Positions 52,316 to 61,084 of a stretch of DNA of 64,000 nucleotides are shown here, piece after piece. This DNA comes from Trypanosoma brucei. Lineage: Eukaryota. Location of the stretch: positions 2,208,001 to 2,272,000 of the forward strand of contig CH464491.1 in NCBI GenBank assembly GCA_000002445.1, read 5' to 3'. Within the stretch, counting starts at the first letter, position 1, and each line of letters opens with the position of its first letter. The notes under the pieces are model-generated. The model was given only the letters and a program-made list of their open reading frames with translations. It searched no databases and was not told the DNA's origin. The position numbers and the translations under genes were made by a program.

Positions 52316-53510
52316 TTGGTGAAAACAAACTGCGTTTAACTCCAGTGGGTGCCGGCACGTGCTTCGTGGGAACTTTGTTTTATGATGTGTTAAAGTTGCG
52401 GGGCGGGTTAGGAGTCATGAATGCGTGGGACGAAAAAAAAGCAACAAAGAAACTCGCGAGCACAAACAAGCATGCACAAACGCAATCAAAGACCAACAAC
52501 AAAGCGGAAGTGGCAGTGCAGAAGGCGGTGTGTGATGGCAGTTTCCCACCACCACCGCCACCACCCCCCCCCCCAAAAAAAAAGAAAAGGGAGACATTTG
52601 ATGTTTTATTGTTTTGTTTTGTTTTTTCGACCCAAGTAGCGACAACCCTAGTCATTAGCGGCACGAGTTGGAAGAGGAAAGTTAAGGTAATGCTGTCTAC
52701 TCCCGCTTCCCCGTCTGCTTTGTTATGCTTTTTGGAGAATAAAACTGTGACTGGGAAAACAAGAGGGATGGGAATACTGTTTTAGCTGGTATTGGTGCCA
52801 CTTGTAAACTTTTCTTTTCCCTTACTGGGTAGGTTCAATCGGACGGAAAATGTTTAACGTTAAGATGATCGTTTATTTGTTAACATATGCCAACGATAAA
52901 GTAAAGCGTATTATATGTTTGCGGTTGGTTGCGGTAGGAAAAGGGCTGATGCCTCGAATGGCGTGTCGTTCCTCAACGTGGAGTGTTTGGGGAGGAGGGG
53001 AAGATTCAGATGGAACGCTCCGGGCCAGTTGTTTTCTTCCGTGTTTTTCCTTTAGTTGGACATCCTTTTTCTACACCCCCATAAGTGCGAAAGGTTTTCT
53101 TTTTTGTGGTTGGCTACCCTCAACCACTTTTGTTCACATTGATTATGTTTTCTTACGCTTGGCTGTTGGATTACCCCCCTCGTTCATACCTAGGTTGGCT
53201 ACAGTGGAGGCCTTTATTTTTGTTTAATTTCTGTGAAACCTTCCCTTCCCTTACTTTCCTCCCCTGAATGTATTCTGGAAATGTTAGTGTTTTAGGACAT
53301 GGCGCCATGTTCACCTTGCGGGACCACTGGAGAAGAGGAGTGAAGGGTATGTGAAGGAAAAGGGAGTAAACAAAAAAAAGCGTGATAACGTTGATGGAAC
53401 CCAATTTCGTTTATTGTCCTCTCTTTTTGTCTTTTTTTTTTTGATCCGTGGGATATCGTCCGCTTGCCTTTTGCTCTGCCAATGGGTGACGCGGGTCTTT
53501 TTTTTTTTTT

Positions 53511-53526
53511 TGTGTGTGTGTGTGTG
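53511..53526. repeat. (TG)8 microsatellite preceded by a T13 homopolymer
   Basis: The sequence ttttttttttttttgtgtgtgtgtgtgtgtgcgtg was read directly from the window. Confidence 0.85.
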
Positions 53527-53814
53527 CGTGGATACTCTTTGTTTCCTCATGTAGCATGTGAATTTCCGGAGGTGAAAGGTGAGGACGGCACGTTGACTTG
53601 GATTCTATGTGATTGGGGATGATATTCCTCATTGTATTTGAGGTAGCGAGCAAATTGTACTGCGAGCACATATATATTTATGCGGCTTTCCAACTGAGGC
53701 TGATAGACCGGTTCCCACCTTTCTTTGCATAGCAATGTCTTTCTTTTCTCCATTCTCTTCTAAAGCCTTCTCACCTTTCTTTTCCGGGGACGACGCGCGA
53801 AACGGGGGCCGTTA

Positions 53815-54399
53815 TTGAACAACAAGGTTCTCGAGTGTAAAGTTATGAGCCACCCAGATGGTTCCGGCAAAGCGGGATCATCCATTACGCATGCTATGGC
53901 TTTGCACATGATAAGCAAGGCCTCTTTGCTTGCAGGGCACTCAACTCAACAGCAAAACAATGGAAGTGGGTCAGTAGGCAACTTCTCCGATACGCTATCA
54001 AACATTAGTGGGTTTGCTGCGAGCGCTGCCGACAATTCAGTGAGAAATGGAGCTACGGTGGCCGCCTCTGTCGGTAATCATGAGCGCCACGGCCCCGTGT
54101 GGATCGCTCTATTGATATGGCTAAGCTTCATCTTGGTGGTTATTTTTATCATCGCGCGCTTCGTGCTTTGGTGCCTGAGCTCGCGCCGAGCCGCCCGTGC
54201 GGGCTACAACGAAATTTGGGATGGGGTAGGTTACAGTGGCAATCGATCTGCCATGGCAGCGACGGATGGCGGAGCTCCTTCAAGCACGAGAACCAGCGTA
54301 GTAGGAAACGCTTCTCGGCAGCAGTTTCGTCATTCGCGGCAGAAGGCTGCGAGACGCTCGTACGGGACAGAAAACCCTTCAGCCGAGGTGGAGGTGTGA
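53815..54399 (+). CDS. Hypothetical single-pass membrane protein
   Basis: The 194-aa ORF has one strongly hydrophobic helix (VWIALLIWLSFILVVIFIIARFVLWCL), with a Ser/Ala-rich N-terminal part and an Arg-rich C-terminal part. I recognise no family. The start may be the internal Met at 53845. Confidence 0.35.
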   Translation: MNNKVLECKVMSHPDGSGKAGSSITHAMALHMISKASLLAGHSTQQQNNGSGSVGNFSDTLSNISGFAASAADNSVRNGATVAASVGNHERHGPVWIALLIWLSFILVVIFIIARFVLWCLSSRRAARAGYNEIWDGVGYSGNRSAMAATDGGAPSSTRTSVVGNASRQQFRHSRQKAARRSYGTENPSAEVEV

Positions 54400-54819
54400 G
54401 AGAGTCATAGAATCTTGTTCCGCATCCTGTGCATATGAGGAGGGAAAGAGTCAGTCGGTGATTCCTCCCATTTGGGGGACAATGTACGGGGGAAGGAGGG
54501 AAAAGGAGTGTGGGAGAAGGCAGAAGCTGGTACTTTTTACACAACTGAAAGTCCTCTGCGGTTTCGCGCACAACGTGTGGATTATTGTTATTGTAATTAT
54601 GTTGATGAATCGGTTTGAGCCTCTTTGCAAGTTTCGCCCTCTGAGTTTCTCTGTAGGGTCTCTTTCTTCCTCAACACTGCATCTTCCTTGTGAAATTAAA
54701 GGTTGAGAGTTTTATAATAGAGAGTATATTACGTCTATCGCAAGCGTTCGTAAAAGCAGATACACGCGCAGAAACGAACGGAGGAACCTCATTAGGTACG
54801 CAACTCTTCCGCCAGAGTT

Positions 54820-56088
54820 ATGAACACCATTTTCCGCCTTTTTCTGTTATTCGTGCAACTTTATGGCATCTCAGATCCCGCTACTGGGTCTAGCAGCTAC
54901 ACCACGGCAGGAATGGGGCGGGCGGAGGTACCAGAGCCCGAGTGGAGTTACTCCAACCTTGCGGCATGGCCACCGCTATGCCACACAGGGATGCACCAAA
55001 GCCCCATCTCCTTCAAGAATCTTACGCCGTCAGAGCTGCGGTGCACCAAGCCTCCGCAGCCATTGGAATTTTCTGAAGGATGTACCTTCAAGGCCGAAAG
55101 CACTTCCCTAAAAATCGACAACGGCGTTAACACGATCCGTGTTACGTTCCTTCCACTTGGTAAAACGGCTGGTGATCGAACCAACGTTTGTACTCTCCGC
55201 GATCCGTCCGGTGCTACTGGTGCCCAGAAGTATCAGCTTACTGCCATGCACTTTCACGCGCCACCAGAACATCTTTTCCCCCACGCGGCGCCCGATGCGG
55301 AGCTACACATTGTCTTCAAAGCAGAGGATGAACACAGTGTGGAACCCGCTGTTGTCGTCGCAGTGCAACTCGCTGCATCCGACGCAGCAAACACATCTGC
55401 GACGCGGGCACTTAACCACATTATGATCGACGGCCCGTTACCGCCGCGGCAGGCTTCCACCACATGCACCCTTGAAAGAAATTTGACTGTTGCCGAGATG
55501 TTGCCGCAGCGTCAGAGTTACGTAACATACAGTGGCTCCCTAACAACTCCACCATGCACGGAAGGGGTTCGCTTTGTAATAATGACAACCCCGCAGCTCA
55601 TATCGAAGGCGGCTTTCAACAAGTTGTCGCAGGTACTCCGCCAGACGTGGCCAGAGAATCGGCTGGGGAACCGGCGGCCGACTCAACCTCTGAACGGGCG
55701 GGAAGTTTGTCGGTACGTGGATGGCAGGCATCCGAAGACAAGCAATGGGCAAGGTGTATGGGGAGACTACCTTGACACCATTCCTGCCACTGGTGATTCA
55801 GTGAGTGAAGGTGGTAATCCATCTGGAAGTGAGGAGGGGGTAAAAGGCAACCTGAGTGGAGCTGATGTTGGTGCAAATCAAACGGAAGAAGAGAAAGATG
55901 GAAAGCAGCTGTGGCCTTACGTGCTTAAACCCCATGAAGCCATCCTTTTCACGGCTGCTGCAGTTATTCTCGTTGTTGCGGCACTCATTTTGTACTGGTG
56001 GTCAAACAATGCAAACGAAAAAGTTGATGCCAACGAGGCGGAATGGTTGGGCACCGCAGCTGAGGTGTACGGGACATCCTCCCTCTAA
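54820..56088 (+). CDS. Alpha-class carbonic anhydrase with an N-terminal signal peptide and a C-terminal transmembrane anchor
   Basis: The 422-aa product has the alpha-CA motifs SPISF, YQLTAMHFHAPPEH (zinc ligands His-x-His), AELHIVF (third His ligand) and YVTYSGSLTTPPCTEGVRFVIMTTP (Thr199 loop). It has a hydrophobic N-terminus (IFRLFLLFVQLYG) and a C-terminal helix (AILFTAAAVILVVAALILYWW). Confidence 0.85.
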   Translation: MNTIFRLFLLFVQLYGISDPATGSSSYTTAGMGRAEVPEPEWSYSNLAAWPPLCHTGMHQSPISFKNLTPSELRCTKPPQPLEFSEGCTFKAESTSLKIDNGVNTIRVTFLPLGKTAGDRTNVCTLRDPSGATGAQKYQLTAMHFHAPPEHLFPHAAPDAELHIVFKAEDEHSVEPAVVVAVQLAASDAANTSATRALNHIMIDGPLPPRQASTTCTLERNLTVAEMLPQRQSYVTYSGSLTTPPCTEGVRFVIMTTPQLISKAAFNKLSQVLRQTWPENRLGNRRPTQPLNGREVCRYVDGRHPKTSNGQGVWGDYLDTIPATGDSVSEGGNPSGSEEGVKGNLSGADVGANQTEEEKDGKQLWPYVLKPHEAILFTAAAVILVVAALILYWWSNNANEKVDANEAEWLGTAAEVYGTSSL

Positions 56089-56371
56089 ATTGTTCCTCTG
56101 TGCGTTTGCTTTTGTGCCGAATGTGACGACTGAGTGAGTCAGGAAGTTATGTGTGTATGTGCAGAGGGCGTTATAACTCTCTTCACACCAATGTCGGGTG
56201 GAGTGGGTTGTGTGATATCTTGCTTCTCTTCTTTGTTGTCTTTCTCCTTAATTGTGCGGAGAGGCGCGCGAAGAAATCGTTCCCCTGACATCTGTATCCC
56301 TACATCCTACACCATAAATACTGTCAAACGTGTATGGTGCCCAAACGCACTAACATTGTATTTAACGTCCC

Positions 56372-58789
56372 ATGTTCAGAAGGGCGTATCACACGAACCT
56401 TGGGAATGCCCACTTGTATCATCCTCTTCACCAACCTAAGTTTCACCGCAAGGATACAAATTTAAGGGTCCAGAGAAAACAGGGTCACACGGCCCATATG
56501 ACGTCACCTCACCTCCTTACGTTCAGCCAAGAAGCTGTGTGCGTTGCCGAGGAGTTTGGTGTGGCTTTCTATGCTCCGAAGAACTTGAAGAAATTTCAGG
56601 TTGAACGCTTCAACGGGGTGAGGATTGCAGGGATATACGCTACAAAGGCCTCTGACGGTGGGTCTCACCTCCATGTAGTGGATGTTGAGGCCAACTGGTT
56701 CCTTGTCTCCCTTTCTCGCGTTGAGGTAGTCTCCTCATCATCCATTGAACTTTCTGAAGAAAATTCTGTCAAGCAAAGTGAGTCCTCGCGCCACTCCGAG
56801 GAATGCGCGCGTCGACTACCGAACACTGAAGGGATTTTGGAGGCTCACTTTCATGAGGCCGGTGGCGTACTTCACTGCGTGGTTCTCACACGATGGGGTG
56901 CATATGAAACGGTGCTAACTAATACAAGCAGAATAGTGGCGAGGAACATTATATCTTTTCCGTTTGAGATGCGGAATTGTTTTATGTCCGTAGGGAGAAC
57001 AAGTGGTCTTGTTGTTGTTTGCCAGCGGAGTGAGAAGTGGCTGCGATACTCCCTTTTCGAGCAGCGTGATAACGAGCGTATCAGGATGTTTGATTCTCCA
57101 GTTAATGTTCAAAGCTTTGCTGTGAACCCCATTTCCAATTCAGTGGTTTTGGGCGGTACACGGGGTGAGATGGTACTTTACCCTTCTATTACTGAGAAGA
57201 ATTATTTTTCAGATCATTGGCATCATACGCCGTTAACGGCGCTCAGTTTTTCCATAGACGGGAAAGCATTTTACTCAGGGGCCCGTGAAGGGATGATATT
57301 GGTGTGGAATACCTCGTCATATACCTACAAGAAGGTAAGCTGTGGTTTGGGTTGTATCAACAGCATCGCAGTGCCAACGGGAAATGGTTCAAGAGTATTA
57401 CTGAGTTGCGCCGAATCCACCATTGCCGTGCTTGACCTCTTGCAAATGCAGGTAGAGAAGTTCGTTGAGGGCGTACAGTGGTCTACCGATGAGTCGTGTA
57501 GCGGGCTCGTGGTGAGTCAGTGGATGGGCCAGCCGGCAGTGATTCTTACGGGGTTGCCTAACGTGGTGCGTGTTTGTGATCCCTTCACTCAGCAGGCGAT
57601 CTACTCTCTTCACATATCTTCCCAGATGGAGACTATACCGAGCCCCCCGCGTCATGGCATTCAATACGTGGGGTTGCTAAACAACAACCGCACAATAGTA
57701 ACCTATGAGGAATTTAGTGGTGTTTCGTTGCCGTCGTTATTGCGCTTCTGGGCATACAGTTCTGATTCTAAACGGCATGAAGAATCGATGACAATTTGTT
57801 CACCCCATCGCAGTCAAGTACTGGCACTGACGACGGATGACACCCAGCAGCGAGTCTTTACCCTCAGTGGCGAGGCGATGAAATGCTGGGTGGAATGCAA
57901 AGAAGATCTTAACGATGCGCACGCAATCGGGAAGAAGACTTGGGGCAACCAATCGAGCTGCGTAACTCCGTCGCGCCTTGTGCAGGATTTAATTATTTCC
58001 CACGACGGCTCCTTATGTTTCATCTCCGATGATAATGTTCACGTCTATAACGTCAAAGCCTTACATCCGGGACAACCATGGCAGCGGGTTCTCACCTTAA
58101 CGCAACATTTTTCACTTTCTCCGCTGAAGAATCTGACGCTACTGCACGAGTGCCGTGCACTTGTGGCCACTGACGCCGAACGCGTGTACTTTTGGTCGTT
58201 AGCCAAGCCTCGCCGGCAGGCAACGATATGGAAGGACAAAGGAGTCGGAGGGAAGGCGGCTGGCATCACAGCCATGTGCGGGTTTTCAGTGAATTCTGTT
58301 CTTGTGGCAACAGAAAGATGCAACCTCTGGGAGCTGAGCGCTGCAGACGTGAACGAAATGGGAAAGGTTGTTGGTCAAGCAAATAGCGCCACGGAGCACC
58401 GTATTACATTCATGAAACCACTGTCCCTTCTTAAGCAGCCAGACCGAATTGCAGTAGTGGACAGCGTTTCTGGTTTTCGAGTCATGCACGTCTCACTGGA
58501 AGGGAAGGGAGGAGTTAATGTGCAGCAATTTGAGCGTACCACTGCGAGAGACGAATCTAATGAGACACTCTCGTCGCTAAAACAGTACTTTCAGGAGGCC
58601 CCTGTGAGAAGCAACAACTTTGACGGAGCGGACGAAAATGCCTCCACCATCCTGGACCGCGCATCTCAAGTGGCAGAGGCACAGAAATGGCTGGTGGGGG
58701 TCCTGGCGGACTCCGCCTACACCGCCCCACCTATGAGTGCCTTGCTTTCTTCATATTTGCAGAGACGTGCGGGTGTAGCAACGTTTTGA
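56372..58789 (+). CDS. WD40-repeat protein, WDR75/UTP17-like (candidate nucleolar t-UTP / SSU-processome subunit)
   Basis: The 805-aa product has several WD repeats. The segment HWHHTPLTALSFSIDGKAFYSGAREGMILVWNTS resembles human WDR75 LHWHHDMVMDLAFSVTGTSLLSGGRESVLVEW. The true start may be the internal Met at 56498 (MTSPHLL). Confidence 0.55.
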   Translation: MFRRAYHTNLGNAHLYHPLHQPKFHRKDTNLRVQRKQGHTAHMTSPHLLTFSQEAVCVAEEFGVAFYAPKNLKKFQVERFNGVRIAGIYATKASDGGSHLHVVDVEANWFLVSLSRVEVVSSSSIELSEENSVKQSESSRHSEECARRLPNTEGILEAHFHEAGGVLHCVVLTRWGAYETVLTNTSRIVARNIISFPFEMRNCFMSVGRTSGLVVVCQRSEKWLRYSLFEQRDNERIRMFDSPVNVQSFAVNPISNSVVLGGTRGEMVLYPSITEKNYFSDHWHHTPLTALSFSIDGKAFYSGAREGMILVWNTSSYTYKKVSCGLGCINSIAVPTGNGSRVLLSCAESTIAVLDLLQMQVEKFVEGVQWSTDESCSGLVVSQWMGQPAVILTGLPNVVRVCDPFTQQAIYSLHISSQMETIPSPPRHGIQYVGLLNNNRTIVTYEEFSGVSLPSLLRFWAYSSDSKRHEESMTICSPHRSQVLALTTDDTQQRVFTLSGEAMKCWVECKEDLNDAHAIGKKTWGNQSSCVTPSRLVQDLIISHDGSLCFISDDNVHVYNVKALHPGQPWQRVLTLTQHFSLSPLKNLTLLHECRALVATDAERVYFWSLAKPRRQATIWKDKGVGGKAAGITAMCGFSVNSVLVATERCNLWELSAADVNEMGKVVGQANSATEHRITFMKPLSLLKQPDRIAVVDSVSGFRVMHVSLEGKGGVNVQQFERTTARDESNETLSSLKQYFQEAPVRSNNFDGADENASTILDRASQVAEAQKWLVGVLADSAYTAPPMSALLSSYLQRRAGVATF

Positions 58790-59904
58790 TTGCCATTATC
58801 TGGTCTACAGTGCTAAGTATCTCAGTTGTAATGGTGGTTGTTCTGTGCATTGGGGAGCAAGTGACGGCGGGAAACCACCGGGAAGGGCAATCAATTGTTG
58901 ACGTCCAAATGTGCGAGTTGTTAACCATACACGAGGGTTGCGATGTATGTGGTGTGGTAAACTAATCATTTAAGAGCCGTAAGTATCACTGTGCAGAACA
59001 TGCTGTGGATGCGTAGGGGAAAAGAAAGGAGGAGGAGGGAAAGAGTGTGTGGCCTAGGTGGCGCTTTTTCTCATTCTTTTTGTTCTTTAAAATCACAGTG
59101 TCTCGTTATAAACGTTTAACCTCCCCCATTATTTTGCCCAAGAAGACACGAGCAGCGGGCGTCCTTAAATGTTAACTCATTGCATGAATTCTTTCACTCT
59201 ATCGTTACCGGCCCCTTGAAAATGTGCTGTGTATTTTCTCTGTTGGGCTTATAATAGGAAAGTGACCGTCCAGAGGATATCCAATGCATGGATTAATTCG
59301 TTGTTAGGTGCTATTAAAGTGTATGACCCTTCCGTGGTGGCCCATGGCGACACGTTACTCCTACGATTCGCCGCCTGTCCGGACAGTGGTTCGTAACATT
59401 TACACCTATCAATCATGTTTTCTCTCCTCTTGCTCCTTGTAGGGGCTAGGGTGTACGGCATGCTCGCCTCCAAAAGGTATTTGAGTGATCTCACACACAC
59501 CATGTTGTTGCATTGTGTGATGTCAGCATGTAAAGGCATGGCTGCAAATGTATGCGTATACGTGAGGAATGTAGGAACGGTATATACCGCTACCGTGTTA
59601 TGACAACTTGAGACGGAGTGGGCCAAAATAGGTGTGATAAGGCGGGATGGAAGGAAATGACCTCAGGGGGCTATATTGTGTGATGCCGTCTCTATGGAGG
59701 CTTAACGTAACCGCGTGTGACTCAAATACCCTTTAGGTTACAGGTTTTTTTTTTTGCATCCGTGAGGAATTCAAAAAATAAAGACGAACGTAACTCTTCG
59801 CCTTTCTTTGTTTCGTTAGTGGTAGGTTACTTGACACTTAGATCCCTACACATACTTCCTTTTTAGGCTTCAATATAGTAAGCATTCTACAACAGTGTTG
59901 TTAC

Positions 59905-60738
59905 ATGGATGATGTTGGTGACGAAGAGGTGGTGGGCATGCATGCAGACAAAGATGACTTAAACAGCTTGCTCATGTCAACGAAAACGGCGTCGGAGTAT
60001 GGTGTTGAGGCTAGCGGGCGGTGGGTTTCACGCCCGAAGAAACGTGCCAGCAGGAAACCAATGGACGCTGGGGTGAGTACTTATGACGTTCAAAAGAAAT
60101 CACGCGCAGAACATAGCACAAATGGCGTGTCACAGGCGGGTGTTGACGGCAACACTGGTGGGACAATTGATGGAACGAGCGAGCCTTTTCTATCATCTGA
60201 TAGGGTCTTGGCCCCGTGCCCACGTGAGGTAATGGTTAATCGTGTCATGGAGTACGTAATGATGAGGGAGTTGGGTGGCCGTCACAACACCACGCAATGT
60301 GGCGAGGAAGGATTCGCTCCCTTTCGTGCGGCGCTGCTTGCCGAAACTGCTTCAATGAGACCAGTGGCGGAATACGATGTCATTCACTCAGTACGCGGCA
60401 TGTCTAGTGTTCCTTGCCACGAAAAGGCACCGGATGCTGTTGTGCAATACCGCAGGCGGTTGTACTGTTGCTCCTACGATAGGGACCTGGTGGGTGGCCA
60501 CTCGTCAGGCAAACCGCCCCATACGCGGGAACACCTGCGCGCGCTTGTAGGCTCGGGGCTTAGAGGTAAAGGATCAGGTGAGACCGTGCCTGTGCGCACC
60601 ACTTCCCAAGCAATTTGTGAAGCAGGTAAACCAGATGTGAAAGCTGGCACAAATACGGTCCTGTTCGATGACACTAGATTGAAGCCGGCGAGTAGTTTCC
60701 TGCAAGACTCTTCCTCGGGTGACGACGAGAGTGTGTAG
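59905..60738 (+). CDS. Hypothetical protein
   Basis: The 277-aa ORF lies on the same strand as its neighbours in an otherwise ORF-poor interval. It has an acidic N-terminus and Cys/His residues (CPREV, CGEEG, CHEKA, YCCSYD). I recognise no domain. Confidence 0.4.
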   Translation: MDDVGDEEVVGMHADKDDLNSLLMSTKTASEYGVEASGRWVSRPKKRASRKPMDAGVSTYDVQKKSRAEHSTNGVSQAGVDGNTGGTIDGTSEPFLSSDRVLAPCPREVMVNRVMEYVMMRELGGRHNTTQCGEEGFAPFRAALLAETASMRPVAEYDVIHSVRGMSSVPCHEKAPDAVVQYRRRLYCCSYDRDLVGGHSSGKPPHTREHLRALVGSGLRGKGSGETVPVRTTSQAICEAGKPDVKAGTNTVLFDDTRLKPASSFLQDSSSGDDESV

Positions 60739-61084
60739 GTTAATACTTGGTGTTTTGATGCCTTCCCCATTGTGTATGTTTTGTTTGAGTTTCAGGTGAA
60801 GTCCGACTGCACATAACGTCTCCCATACCCCTGTTTAATTATGCCACTGCATAGCAAGAGTGAACCCTGTTCTTTTGCCCAGTTTGCTCTGTGAACGCAT
60901 GCATTTTTTGTCCATGTTTTGTTGCAACAATCGCCCCACATGTCTTTGACACGCTCTCATTTGTGTAACCGCAGAGTTTACGGCACTAGCTTTGCAGTGC
61001 GGTGACACACGCATAGATTTATTTTGTTATATCTTTTACATATATTTCCCCCCGTCGGAGTATACCTCGCATTTGATCAACACG

